Source of the DNA: Centroscyllium fabricii
Taxonomy: Eukaryota
Direction: 5' to 3'
Length of the DNA: 64,000 nucleotides
NCBI GenBank assembly: GCA_051313645.2
Contig: JBNRSN020000007.1
Span: 6,386,001 to 6,450,000 of the forward strand
The notes beneath the pieces were generated by a model. The model did not search any database. It saw only the letters and a list, made by a program, of their open reading frames with translations, and was not told the origin of the DNA. The translations under genes and the position numbers were made by a program. Positions 39,561 through 52,399 of the stretch are shown in pieces. Within the stretch, counting starts at the first letter, position 1. Each line of letters begins with the position of its first letter.

Positions 39561-40469
39561 AACACCACACAAATAGTCACTTGAATGCTATGACTCCAAT
39601 TAGATTAATACAACAAATGCTCCAACAGAAAATGTCTTCAACTTTCCAAATGTTGATGACAATTGTACATAAACTCTCATACTTAGCTTTTCCTTTGCTG
39701 GTCTCCCATGTTCCTGCACATATGAACACCAATTGTTTCAGAATGCTGCTGCCAATATCCTTACCCATGCTAAGTCTTGCTCCCTTGCACTCCTGCCCTC
39801 ACCAATCTCCACTGTCGCATCATCCCCAAAATGAATTGCAATCAAAATCCTCACCCTCATTTACACACCCCTCCACCCCGCCCCTAAAGGATCAAAGGAT
39901 ATGGAGAGAAGGCAGGGACAGGGTACTGAATTTGGATGATCAGCCATGATCGCATTGAATGGTGGAGCAGGCTCGAGGGGCCGAATGGCCTATTCCTGCT
40001 CCTATCTTCTACGTTTTTATGTTACCTTAGCTCTGCAATGCCCATCACCCCAAAATAGGTGCAGCCCCTCTTCTCTTCTGACTCTGACATTCTTTGTATC
40101 CTCGCTCCATTTCACCATGCACCAAGGGAACATTGAAAGAAAGACCTGCATTTCTATAGTGCCTTTCACAACCACCGGACATCTCAAAGCGCTTTACAGT
40201 AAATTAATACTTTTTTGAAGTGGAGTCGCTGTTGTAATGTGGGAAATGCGGCAGCCACTTTGCACACAGCAAGCTCCCACAAACAGCAATGTGATAATGA
40301 CCAGCTAATCTGTTTTTGTTATGTTGGCTGAGGGATAAATATTGGCCAGAACACCGGGGATAACTCCCCTGCTCTTCTTCAAAATGTGGAGGTGCTGGTG
40401 TTGGACTGGGATGGACAAATGCAAAAAGTCACACAACACCAGGTTATAGTCCAACAGTTTTATTTTAAA

Positions 40470-40506
40470 TCACAAGCTTTCGGAGCGCTGCTCCTTCCTC
40501 AGGCGA
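40470..40506 (-). ncRNA. Minimal type I hammerhead ribozyme motif
   Basis: UCGC-CUGAGGA-A-GGAGC(AGC)GCUCC-GAAA-GC-UU-GUGA; helix I has one G-U pair. Confidence 0.7.
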
Positions 40507-41440
40507 AGTGAAGTTAAGTTGATCCGAAGAAAGCACATATGCTGGGAGAGAGAAACCTGATACCTCCCACATCTCACCTTAGCAAAGAGATAAACAGAGC
40601 AGACAAAGGTGTATTAACATATTTTAACATATCAGTCTGAGATCAATGAGACACAGTCACAAAGGGTCAAATGCTGCAGTCCTTTTCTCTGTGCGAAAAC
40701 ACACAGAATGATTTAAAAAAAGGAATTTCCTTACAAGACAAAGATGTCTCTAGTCTGAATGACTCTACGTCAGACAGGGTCACATGTAGCATGACATGAA
40801 GCCGATATCACGGTTGAGGCCGTCCTCATGGGTGCGGAATTTGGCTATCAGCCTCTGCTTGACGATTTTGCGTTGTCGTGTGTCTCGAAGACCGCCTTGG
40901 AGAATGCTTACCCGAAGATCGGAGGCTGAATGTCCTTCACTGCTGAAGTGTTCCCCGACTGGGAGGGAACACTCCTGCCTGGCAATTGCTGTGCAGTGTC
41001 CGTTCATCCATTGTCGAAGTGTCTGCATGGTCTCGCCGATGTACCATGCCCTGGGGCATCCTTTCCTGCAACGTATAAGGTAGACAACATTGGTCGAGTC
41101 ACATGAGTATGTACCATGTACCTGGTGTGTGGTGTCCTCACGTGTGATGATGGTATCTATGCTGATGATTTGGCACGTCTCGCAGAGGTTGCTGTGGCAG
41201 GGTTGTGTGGTGTCGTGGTTGCTGTTCTCCTGAAGGCTGGGTAATTTGCTGCGAATTATAGTCTGTTTGAGGTTAGGCAGCTGTTTGAAGGCTAGTAGTG
41301 GAGGTGTGGTGATGGCCTTAGCGAGGTGTTCGTCGTCATCAATGACATGTTGAAGGCTGCGAAGAACATGGCATAGTTTCTCCGCTCCGGGGAAGTACTG
41401 GACGACAAAGGGTACTCTGTTGGATCAACTTAACTTCACT

Positions 41441-41477
41441 TCACCTGAGGAAGGAGCAGCGCTCCGAAAGCTTGTGA
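41441..41477 (+). ncRNA. Minimal type I hammerhead ribozyme motif
   Basis: UCAC-CUGAGGA-A-GGAGC(AGC)GCUCC-GAAA-GC-UU-GUGA; palindromic helix III AAGCUU. Confidence 0.75.
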
Positions 41478-42486
41478 TTTAAAATAAAACTGTTGGACGA
41501 TAACCTGGCGTTGTGTGACTTCTTGCACTTCTTCAAAATGACACCATAAGATCTCTTATGTCCACCTGACAGAGCCTTGGTTTAATGTTTCATCCGAAAG
41601 ACGGCACCTCGACAGTACCTCTGACAGTGCAGCATTCCCTCAGCACTGCACTGGGAGTGTCAGCCTAGAATTTAGTGTGCTCAAGTCCCTGGAGCGGGAC
41701 TTGAACCCATGACCTTCTGACTCATAGTCAAGTGTGCTACCCACTGAGCCACAGCTGGACTGAAGGGTTTTTGCTGTTATTGTGGTAGCAAAGCTTCTGG
41801 CTGTCTGGGCCCAACACTGTTAACCTATACACGGTGATGTTGGTTGAGAGAGGAATGTCAACTATATCACTGGGAGAATTCCCCAGCTCCATTTCAAATA
41901 ATGCCATGGGATCATTTCCATCCACTTCAACAAGCAGACAGGGTGTTGGGTTAAAGTCTTTTCCAAAGGACGTTTCCTCCGACTACGCAGCACTCCCTTG
42001 GTACTGCACTGAAGTGCCAGATACACTTTCCTCTGAGAGGCCGAGGTAATAGGAACTCCCAGCATAGTCACTGCCCTCAACCTGGTTTTGGATGGGCAGA
42101 GGTTCCGTTTCCAAACATATCCAAGACCCAACATGTCCAAGGTCTGGTGGAATGCGTGGACATGCTCTGGAGTTGTGGAGAAGGAGCACCAGAAGAACTG
42201 AGCAATTCCAGGGCTTTTGCTGTTTATCTTGTCTCTACCCTTTTGGACCTTGAATGCCTTAACAAGCTCCCCCAATTCTAGGGATCATTTCTATAGTTTA
42301 TAACTTGCGAAATGTGTTCTGAAGTGTCTGGCCTCCTCTCCAATGTAAACACTGGTCAGAGTGCATGAAATGTGACGGTTCTGATATTCTGTGACCTCAG
42401 CTGAAAATCAGGAGTGCAGTGAATGAGCTGTGCTGACTTCTGTGCCCAATTCACTGGCTGACCAAAGATGCACATCAGATGATACA

Positions 42487-42888
42487 GGGCGGCACGGCAG
42501 CATAGTGGTTAGCACTGTTGCCTCACAGCACTGGAGACCCGGGTTCAAATCCGGCCTCGGGTGACTATCTGTGTGGAGTTTGCACATTCTCCCCGTGTCT
42601 GCGTGGGTTTGCTCCAGGTGCTCCGGTTTCCTCCCACAGTCCAAAGATGTGCGGGTTAGGTTGATTGGCCATGATAAATTGACCCTTAATGTTAGGGAGA
42701 TTGAATATGTGGGGTTACGGGGATAGGGTGGGATATGTGTTGGTGTAGGCTCGAGAGGGATATGGGGAAAGGGCAGAGGCGGGGTGCTGGGTTTGGATGA
42801 TCAGCCATGATCTCATTGAATGGCGGCACAGGCTCGAAGGGCCGAATGGCCGACTCCTGCTCCTATCTTCTATGCTTCTATGTTTCTA
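42487..42888 (+). mobile_element. HE1 / V-SINE
   Basis: Same structure as 38770-39165. Confidence 0.9.
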
Positions 42889-43589
42889 ACCCATGTAGCA
42901 AAATAGATTTCTGTTTTGAAAATCAAACCATTGGTGTCTGGTTTTCAGTATCAGAATTTTCAGAAACCTCTCTCAACCACCACACTGTCGAGTCCATTCT
43001 TTCTCCCAGGTGATAGGTGAGTGTTGAACCCAACATGAATCTGTGAATTTAGCATTTTTAAACCCGCCGCTAAGGAATGACAAAGCCCAGCCAAAACGTT
43101 GGCGTTCCTGCTTCTATCTGTTGTTCGGGTGTATATAAACACCTGGCCTGTAGGATCCTGTCTGGGTGACCTGAAACTCACTCTAAGTTGTGCCCATTTT
43201 GCTGATGTCAAGTTTCACCCTGTGTCTGCTCAATGTCTTTAGAATACGCATGAGCTTAAAGCGAATGTAAATCAGCGTAAACAACCAGCGTCATATATTT
43301 ATTCTTTAAGTATGAAAATTTGAGTTTCAACTTGTTTAATGATCACTCACACACATCAGGCACAACATGATTAGAAATCTGCAATCGGGGAAGCCTTTCA
43401 GTTTTTAATATGATTGATACTGATGCCGTAAAGATGCATTAAGATGAACAGAAAATATGGAGCAGGTCTCAGACAGGATCATTTTTCTTTTAAAGTGCTC
43501 ACAAAATTGCAATACAACACCAGAGAAATGAAACAATGTGCAAATTGGCTGCCACATTTCCTACATTACAACAGTGACTACACTTCAAA

Positions 43590-43672
43590 TAAAACCGTTG
43601 GACTATAAATCTGGTGTTGTGTGACTTCTTGCATTTGTCCACCCCAGTCCAACACCGGCACCTCCACATTAT
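43590..43672 (+). mobile_element. Penelope family A pLTR end plus tail, inside a Deu-SINE 3' fragment
   Basis: 11-bp TSD TACACTTCAAA (43579-43589, 43673-43683). Confidence 0.8.
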
Positions 43673-43687
43673 TACACTTCAAACGTA

Positions 43688-43975
43688 CAGGAAACTCTTT
43701 TTTATCCAGCACCGACGGGACCGGCGTGGTGCCAGTTTATCAAAAAGCCCGTATTGCAGAGAGGTATTGTTAAAAGGTACGAGAGGCCACAAACTCAGGC
43801 TTCCCTGTTGCTTAGCAACAGGTGCAAGAACAAATCCAGGCTTCCCTGTTGCTTCGCAACAGGTGCAGGAACCCGATTACACAGCCACAGATCCAGGAAC
43901 AGCCACTACTCCTGAATTCTGACAGTTCATAGAGATTTCCGAATATTTAGGTGCCGTTTAAATGAGAGTTTCCTG
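43688..43975. mobile_element. Tc1/mariner (pogo/Tigger-like) MITE
   Basis: TIR CAGGAAACTCT / AGAGTTTCCTG, TA TSD; interrupts the SINE at AAAACGTA|CTTCATTGG. Confidence 0.8.
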
Positions 43976-44101
43976 TACTTCATTGGTTGTAAAGCGCTTT
44001 GGGACATGCTGAGCTCATGCAAGATGCTATAGAAATGCAAGTTCTTCCTTACAACAAAGTTTTCTGATTTAACAGGGAACATTAGTCTGCCTATTGTATA
44101 G

Positions 44102-45522
44102 CATGATGTGGAGGTGCCGGTGTTGGACTGGGGTGGACAAATGTAAGAAGTCACACAACACCAGGTTATAGTCCAACAGTTTTATTTTAAACCACAAGCT
44201 TTCGGAGCGCTGCTCCTTCATCAGGTGAAGCGAAGTGATGCATATAAACACAGCATATATAGTCAGAAAACAATGCTAGATGATTACAGGTAATCTTTCC
44301 AACTGCCCTTTATCACACCTTGGCAGAGAGACATTCACAGCAATCAAAGGTGTGAATGATGTCCAAACAGGTCAGTCAGGAAAACACCACCCGAAGAACA
44401 ATGAGGTGGAGTCACAAAGGGTCAAATGTTAAACATGCTGGGGTCTGTGTGAAAAACAAACACAGAACAATAAAACATTTTTTTTTGCTGGAAATCACAG
44501 CAGGTCCAGTCGCATCTGTGTAGAGAGAACAAGCCAATGATGACTCGAGTCTGGATGACTCTACATCAGGTGGGGTTACATGTAGCGTGACATGAGCCCA
44601 AGATCCCAGTTGAGGCCATCCTCATGAGTGCGGAACTTGGCTATCAGTTTCTGCTCGATGATTTTGCATTGTCATGTGTCTCGAAGGCCGCCTTGGAGAA
44701 TGCTTACCTGAAGATCGGAGCCTGAATGTCCTTGACTGCTGAAGTGTTCCCCGACTGGGAGGGAACACTCCTGCCTGGAGGACGACACGGTGGCGCAGTG
44801 GCTAGCACTGCTGCCTCGCAATAAGGAGCTCCTGGGTTCGAATCCTGCTTGGCCTGGGACACCTCTGCGTGGAGTTTGCATGTTCTCCCTGTGTTCATGT
44901 AGGTTTCCTCCGGGTACTCCGGTTTCCTCCCACCACCCAAAGACATGCAGGTTAGGTAAATTGGAGATATTAAAAATTGCCCATGAATATGTGGGTGAGA
45001 TATAGTTCTTAGAGTTGGGGGTGTCGGGGGATATGGGGAGAGGGTAGGAGGGGGGTGTTGGGTTTGGATGATCAGCCATGATCTCGTCAAAATGGCAGAG
45101 GAGGCTCGAAGGGCCAAATGGCCAACTCCAGCTTCTATCTTCTGTGTTTCTGTGCTTCTGTGATTGTTGTGCGGTATCTGTTCATCCGTTGTTGCAATGT
45201 CTGCATGGTCTTGCCGATGTACCATGCTCCAGGGCATCCTTTCCTGCAACGTATGAGGTAGACAACGTTGGCTGAGTCACATGAGTATGTACCATGTACC
45301 TGGTGGGTGGTGTCCTCACGTGTGATGATGGCATATGTGTTGATGATCTGGCATGTCTTGCAGAGGTTGCCGTGGCAAGGTTGTGTGGTGTCGTGGTCGC
45401 TGTTCTCATGAAAGCTGGGTAATTTGCTGCGAACGATAGGTTAGGTGGCTGTTTGAAGGCGGGTAGTGGAGGCGTGGGGATGGCCTTAGCGAGGTGTTCG
45501 ACATCGATGACATGTTGAAGGC
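44102..45522 (-). mobile_element. Penelope-like element 3' part (GIY-YIG), with a V-SINE inserted at ~44780-45158
   Basis: Homologous to 40385-41420; hammerhead CUGAUGA...GAAAGCUU at 44192-44228 (minus). Confidence 0.85.
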
Positions 45523-45577
45523 AATACATCAGGTTTCATGAGTTCAAAATGTTATCTAAAGGATGAATTATATCATG

Positions 45578-46367
45578 ATGTGGAGGTGCACCGTGGTGTT
45601 GGACTGGGGTGGACAAATGTAAGAAGTCACACAACACCAGGTTATAGTCCAACAGTATTATTTGAAATCACAAGCTTTCGGAGCGTTGCTCCTTCATCAG
45701 GTGTAGTCGAGAGATGCACATAAACACAGCATATATAGTCGGAGAAAAAGGTAATCTTTCCAACTGCCCTTCATCACTCCTCGGCAGAGAGACATTCATT
45801 GCAATAAAAGGTGTGAATGGTGTTCAAACAGGTCAGTCAGGAAGGCACCACCCGAAGAACAATGAGGTGGGGTCACAAAGGGTCAAATGTTGCACATGCT
45901 GGGGTCTGGGGTCTGTGTGAAAACCAACACAGAACAATAAAAAAAAAAGATTTTTCTTGCTGGACATCACAGCCAGTACAGCCGCATCTGTGTACACAGA
46001 TACGGCTGTACCTGCTGTGATTTCCAGCAAGAAAAATCTTTAAAAAAATTGTTCTGTGTTGGTTTTTCACACAGACCCCAGACCCCAACATGTGCAACAT
46101 TTGACCCTTTGTGACCCCACCTCATTGTTCTTCGGGTGGTGCCTGCCTGACTGACCTGTTTGAACACCATTCACACCTTTGATTGCTATGAATGTCTCTC
46201 TGCCGAGGTGTGATGAAGGGCAGTTGGAAAGATTACATTGTTCTCCGACTATATAAGCTGTGTCTTTATGCATCTCTACTACACCTGAAGAAGGAGCAAC
46301 GCTCTGAAAGCTTGTGATTTCAAATAAAACTGTTGGACTATAACCTGGTGTTGTGTGACTTCTTACA
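45578..46367. mobile_element. Penelope family A inverted pair (arms of ~350 bp)
   Basis: 45619-45975 is the reverse complement of ~46008-46366; TSD TTATATCATG (45568-45577, 46369-46378); hammerheads at 45668-45703 (-) and 46281-46317 (+). Confidence 0.9.
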
Positions 46368-46519
46368 GTTATATCATGGACACTTTTTCCTGCATTTAGA
46401 CAGTAAACCCCACTTATTAAAGGTGCCACCATTTGGTGTTTCAAATAGATTTTTAAAGCTTTGCCATTTCTGTTTTTAGAAGTCCTATAAAAAAAAAAAA
46501 ACAAGTTAGCGGAGTAAGG

Positions 46520-47450
46520 ATCTGGGCATCACTAGCAAGGCCGACATTTATTGCCCATAAATGCTGGGCTATTTCAGAGGGGCAGTTAAAAGTCAACCAT
46601 GTCAGTGTGGGTCTGGAGTCACATGTAGGCCAGACCAGGTAAGGATGGCAGATTCCTTCCCTAAAGGACATTAGTGAACCAGATGGGTTTAGTTACCACA
46701 ATCTGGCAAATTCATATTCACCATTACTGATTTTTATTTAATTAACTGAATTTGAATTCCACAGCTTGTTGTGATGGGATTTGAACTGACATCTAACAAA
46801 CCAACAATAATAACAACGTGTATTTATAAAGCACCTTTAACGTAGTAAAATGTCCCATGGCGCTGCACAGGAGTATTTTAGGACAAAAAGTTTGACACCG
46901 ATCCACATAAGGATAAATTAGGGCAGGTGACAAAAAGCTTGGTCACAGAGGTAGGTTTTAAGGAGCGTCCTAAAGGAGGAGAGAGAGGTAGCGAGGCGGA
47001 GAGGTTTAGGCAGGGAATTCCAGAGCTTCGGGCCCAGGCAACAGAAGGCACGGCCACCAAAGTGATTATAATCAGGGATCCTCAAGAGGGTAGAGTTAGA
47101 GGAGTGCAGATATTGCGGGGGGATTGTGTGGCTGAAGGAGATTACAGAGATAGGGAGGGGTGAGGCCATGGAGGGATTTGAAAACACTGCTTAACCAGGA
47201 GCCAATATAGGTCAGCGAGCACAGGGGGTGATGGATGAACGGGACTAGGTGTGAGTTAGGACACAGGCAGCAGAGTTTTGGATGACCTCAGGTTTGCGGA
47301 GGGTGGAATGTGGGAGGCCAGCCAGGAGTGCGTTGGAATAGTCAAGTCTAGAGGTAACAAAGGCATGGATGAGGGTTTCAGCAACGGATGAATCATTACT
47401 CCAGGCCTCTGGATTATTAGCCCAGTAACATAACCACTGTACTACCGTTC
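46520..47450 (-). mobile_element. LF-SINE-like element interrupted by an L2 LINE 3' fragment (~46805-47390)
   Basis: CATTTATTGCCC tail and GTCTGGAGTCACATGTAGGCC core; L2 peptide NHFGGRAFCCLGPKLWNSLP. Confidence 0.65.
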
Positions 47451-48169
47451 CCGACCACTATGCTGTTATACTCTAACTGAAATAATGCCAAGGCTGTGCC
47501 TTTAATAACAAGGTTTTCCAGTCCTCTGTTGCCCAAAAATGACACAGTTGGTGCTATTTGGATTTAGTCAGTGACGGAGAGTAAAAGTCAATTTATGATT
47601 GTACCCATGACGGTTACACACTGCCCTTATTAGAAAGTGTGAGGAGCAGTGAAGAGACATTCCTATCAGCCCTCGCCTCAGTTCGGTTTTAAGACGTGGC
47701 CGCATTGTACAGTAATGGGGCATCAGTCTGGATTGAGAGGAAGACTTGCAATGACAGCTTGGTCTGAAGCAGGCGTATTAACCCAGCAAGACGCAGCCCA
47801 TTCAGCAACGAAGGGGAGGAAAATAAACTGCAGGCACCGGTTAAAAGAAAAAGAAAGAATTTACATTTCTACAGCACCTTTCGTGATCTCAGGACGTCCC
47901 AAAGTGCTTCACAACCAATCAAGCACTTTTTGAAGTTCAGTCACTGTTGTGATGTGGGCCCTGCATCAGCCAGTTTGAGCACAGCAAGATCCCACAAACA
48001 GCATTGTGATAATGACCAATTCAAGAAAGGAGGGAGGCAAAGAGCTGGAAACTATCGGCCAGTTAGCCTAACATCTGTCATTGGGAAAATGCTGGAATCC
48101 ATTATTAAGGAAGAAACATTTAGAAAATCAAAATACAATCAAGCAGAGTCACCATGGTTTGATGAAAGA

Positions 48170-50048
48170 GGAATCATCAGGAGGGTGATGGAATACTCTC
48201 CACTTGCCTGGATGAGTGCAGCTCCAACAACACTCAAGAAGCTCGACACCGGGTGGGGGGGGGGGGGGGCGCTGTGCTCCGGTTAGAGTAGACGTTATTG
48301 GAGGGAGCTCCTCATAATGTAATTTAAAATTAAAATTCCATCTCTTTTTTTAACTTAAATTTAAAACATCGGCCCCTTGGAAGTAGCTGAGAGTTGGGCT
48401 GATGGTTTAGATTTGAATTTTAAATTTAGATTTCAAGTTTTTTATGTTCTTTTGAATCTCGATGTTTTTGGGAGATCTGGCCGAAGGGTAGGCCCCAGAT
48501 CTCTGTTCTACTCACTGTTGGGCCGTTGGTCGACGTCGGGCTCTGTTTCTTCGCTCCCGAGATGCGGGAGCAGGAAGATCTCGGCGGCCTAAATCGGGCC
48601 GTTGGTCGACGTCGGGGGCTGCTCCTTTGTTCCCGAGATGCGGGAGCAGGAACATCTCGGCGGCCTGGGTTGGGCCGTTGGTCGACGTCGGGGGCTGCTC
48701 CTTTGTTCCCGAGGTGCGGGAGCAGGAAGATCTCGGCGGCCTGGGTCGGGCCGTTGGTGGGCGTCGAGCGCTGCACCTTTGTTCCCGAGGTGCGGGAGCG
48801 GGAAGATCTCGGTGGCCTGGGTCGGGCCGTTGGTCGGCGTCGGGCGCTGCTCCTTTGTTCCCGAGGTGCGGGAACAGGAAGATCTCGCTGGCCTGGGTCG
48901 GGCCGTTGGTCGGCGTTGGGGGCTGCTCCTTTGTTCCCGAGGTGCGGGAGGTAGAAGAGGTAGTCGGGCCCTTATCGGGCCGTTGTTCGGCGTCGAGCGC
49001 TGTTCGATCTCTCCAGAGGTGTGGAAGGTAGAGGAGGTCGTCGGGCCTTCATCGGGCCGTTGTCGTTGTCGGGCGTTGTCCCTTTGCTCCAGAGATGCGG
49101 GAGCAGGAGGAATTCGTCGGGCGTGAATCGGGCCATTGGTTGTATGTGGACTCTTTCACTTTCTTCCAGAAGATTCTATGGACATTCATGGAGCAGTGGT
49201 CGGTGTTGGGGACTAGTTTCTTCAATCCAGGAGCTGAGAAATTGGTTTGGCCTGCGTGGTCTGCGGTCGGATGGATGGTCGGTGATCGGGTCGCCTTCTG
49301 GACTCCCTTAAACATTGATTAACTTGAACATATTTATATATAAAGAATTGGTTGAAGGTTTTTTTAATAACGTCGAATCTAGGAACTGGAGCACATGCGG
49401 ACCCTCAACGATGGCGCCGGAAAAATGGCTTGACGTCTTGTGGGTTCTCACGTGCTGTGTGTCTTTGTTCTTTGTTGTTTAGTTGTAGTTGGTTAGTTGT
49501 TATATAGTGCGTGAAACTGCAGTAAGCATTTCACCTTCTGAATTTATTGTTTATTTTCAGTTGTGTGACAATAAAGATTTTACTTACTTACTTACTTACC
49601 ACCCTGGACAAAGTAGCCTGTTTGATTGGCACCCCATCCACCACCTTCAACATTCACTCCCTCCACCACCGGCGTACCGTGGCTGCAGTGTGTACCATCC
49701 ACAAGATGCACTGCAGCAACTCGCCAAGGCTTCTTCGGCGGCACCTTCCAAACCCGCGACCTCCACCACCTAGAAGGACAAGGGCAGCAGGCGCATGGGA
49801 ACACCACCACCTCCAAGTTCCCCTCCAGGTCACACATCATCCTGACTTAGAAGTATCTCGCAGTTTCTTCAACATCACTGGGTCAAAATCCTGGAACTCC
49901 CTCCCTAACAGCATTATGGAAGCACCTTCACCACACGGACTGCAGCGGTTCAAGAAGCCGGCTCACCACCACCTTCTCGAGGGCAACTAGGGATGGGCAA
50001 TAAATGCCGGCCTTGCCAGCGATGCCCACACCCCACGAATGAATAAAA
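48170..50048 (+). mobile_element. CR1-group LINE 3' end sharing the LF-SINE tail, split by a 1.35-kb insertion
   Basis: RVMEYSPLAWMSAAPTTLKKLDT | DKVACLIG...SLHHRRTVAA...WNSLP; GGGCAATAAATG...GAATGAAT tail. Confidence 0.75.
48251..49598 (+). mobile_element. Non-coding retroposed element with internal 76-bp tandem array (~48520-49140) and (TTAC)n tail
   Basis: GTGACAATAAAG followed by (TTAC)n; GGGCCGTTGGTCG recurs at 48520, 48596, 48672, 48748, 48824 and 48900. Confidence 0.75.
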
Positions 50049-50087
50049 AAACATATTATTATGTTGAACGTTTCATGCCTTCAGATA

Positions 50088-50750
50088 TCTAGGTTTTAAG
50101 GAGTATCTTAAAGAAGTATAGAGGCGGAGAGGTTTCGGTGGGAATTCCAGAGCTTAGGGCCCAGGCAGCTGAAGGCACGGCCGCCAATGGTGGAGTGATT
50201 AAAATCGTGGATGCTCAAGAGGCCAGAATTGAAGGAGCGTAGAGATCTCGGAGGGTTGTAGGTCTGGAGGAGATTACAGAGATAGGGAGGGGCGAGGCCA
50301 TGGAGGGATTTGAAAACAAGGATGAGAATTGTAAATTCGATGCGTTGCTAGACAAGGAGCCAATGTAGGTCAGCGTGCAATGTTCCCTTGAAGCTGTGCG
50401 GCTGCGGAGCCATTCAGCGCACTGGAAGTGTCACTCAGCTGACTCATCGGCTTTTAAATGGAAAAAAAATATGCACGTGCACGACATTCTGAATGGGCTG
50501 TGCAGCCCGTTTACAGGGCTGTGTGACCCAAAAAATCATCAGAGGGGACATGGTCAGTGAGCATGGGGGGTGATGGGTGAACGGGACTTGGTGCGAGTTA
50601 GGACACGGGCAGCAGAGTTTTGGATGAGGTCAAGTTTATGGAGGGTAGACCGTGGGAGGCCGGCCAGGAGTGTGTTGGAATAGTCAAGCCTAGAATTAAC
50701 AAAGGCATGGATGAGGGTTTCAGCAGCGGATGGGCTGAGGCAGGGCGGAG
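50088..50750 (-). mobile_element. L2 LINE 3' fragment
   Basis: ETLIHAFVNSRLDYSN...QNSAARVLT. Confidence 0.85.
50378..50553. mobile_element. hAT-like MITE inside the L2
   Basis: TIR CAATGTTCCCT / AGGGGACATGG and a degenerate 8-bp TSD TCAGCGTG / TCAGTGAG. Confidence 0.6.
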
Positions 50751-51272
50751 ACGGATCATAAAAACACGAAGGGTCTCTTCTCCCTGTCCTCCAACATAAC
50801 TTGGGCAGAAACCTCACTTACGCCCGTGAACAGGAGCAGGAACAGCTCCAGGAATTGCACGGGAACCCCCGCACCGTGTTAGTTACCAAACCCATCCCTT
50901 TCCGGGCAGGCTTCCCAGCTGGTCCCTACAGAATGGAACTGCGTGAATCTGAGAATCACTTCTCCAAATTTACTTGTCGAAAAGTTTGTTTTCACGTGTT
51001 GCTGTTTGAAGCAAGTAGCCAGCGACCAATTTTCATTTATTGCATTCTTTAGTGAGATTCCTGACAGACAGCTGACTCCAGACCCCAGTGATCTTTAGAC
51101 AACTTCTAATCAAAACAGCCCTTGTTATTTTACTGATAACTTGAAATCCTTAAATAAATAGCCGTTCATGAATATGCTAATTACTTTTTTGCAGATAATA
51201 TGCAAGGTATCATTCTCAGAGAAGCCACGCTTCCCCATCCTTTCATCTTAAACAGCTGACATCAATCTATAA

Positions 51273-51454
51273 TTGTAAGAAGTCACACAACTCCAGGTTG
51301 TAGTCCAACAGTTTTATTTGAAATCACAAGCTTTCGGAGCAATCTCTTCACTTCACCTAAGGAAGGAGAAGCGCTCCGAAAGCTTGTGATTTCAAATAAA
51401 ACTGTGTGACTTCTTGCAATTGTCCACCCCAGTCCCACACCGGCACCTCCACAT
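51273..51454. mobile_element. Penelope family A inverted pLTR pair
   Basis: 13-bp TSD CATCAATCTATAA (51260-51272, 51455-51467). Confidence 0.85.
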
Positions 51455-51972
51455 CATCAATCTATAAAGTATAGAGGCCCTGGCTGGAGCCAGCATTAAA
51501 ACTAACGGGAGTGAAAACTGGGCAACTCTTAAATTGCTTAGCCCTTTCGGAGATTGCACAATATTCTCTGCACATTTAAGCAAAGGAAGGCAAAGCATTC
51601 CGTGAAAAGTGCATGCACCCCTGACTTAGTGACTGCACCAAAAGAATTTGGCAACACTTAAACCAGTTCTGATGAAAGTATTGTCGAACGGAAACATTAA
51701 CCCTGCGTCTCTCTCCCTGCAGGCTCCGCCTGACCTGCCCAGCGTTTCCAACATTTTCTGTTTATTTTTGATTTCCAGCGTGCGCAGTGTTTTGCTTTAA
51801 AACATGATACTTATTTAACTCTTTGAAAGTTTTGAAATACATCAAAAAAAAGAACACTGCCTTAATCGCTCATGCTTTCCATTTGTAAAACGATAACGAT
51901 TGCTGGCCTGTGCTCTGCAGCTTAACAATAAAAACTGGCATAAGTATAATCATTGGGTAACATTGGGTAACA

Positions 51973-52399
51973 GGGCGGCACGGTGGCATAAGGGCGGCAC
52001 GGTGGCATAGTGGTTAGCACTGTTGCCTCACAGCACTAGAGACCAGGGTTCAAATCCGGCCTCGGGTGACTATCTGTGTGGAGTTTGCACATTCTCCCCG
52101 TGTCTGCGTGGGTTTCCTCCGGGTGCTCCGGTTTCCTCCCACAGTCCAAAGATGTGCGGGTTAGGTTGATTGGCCAGGATAAATTGACCCTTAGTGTTCG
52201 GGGGATTGAATATGTGGGGTTACGGGGATAGGGTGGGGTATGTGTCGGTGCAGGCTCGAGAGGGATCGAGGGATATGGGGACAAGGCAGGGGCGGGGTGC
52301 TGGGTTTGGATGATCAGCCATGATCTAATTGAATGGTGGAGCAGGCTCGAAGGGCCGAATGGCCGACTCCTGCTCCTATCTTCTATTTTTCTATGTTTC
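51973..52399 (+). mobile_element. HE1 / V-SINE with duplicated head
   Basis: GGGCGGCACGGTGGCATA twice, then V domain and CR1 tail. Confidence 0.9.

Larger units (their letters stand above)
40385..41527 (-). mobile_element. 5'-truncated Penelope-like element with GIY-YIG endonuclease and inverted 5' pLTR
   Basis: Minus strand NVVYLIRC...WYIGETMQTLRQWMNGH...HEDGLNRD; inverted pLTR 41424-41527; TSD CTTCTTCAAAATG (40374-40386, 41528-41540). Confidence 0.9.
40135..41758 (-). mobile_element. Deu-domain SINE split by a Penelope insertion
   Basis: Reverse complement of the 2563-3040 SINE; the halves rejoin across the TSD. Confidence 0.8.

Noticed and set aside
37373-39580. ORFs up to 338 aa with LSIGSISPLG repeats
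   Set aside because: Translation of the 17-bp satellite.
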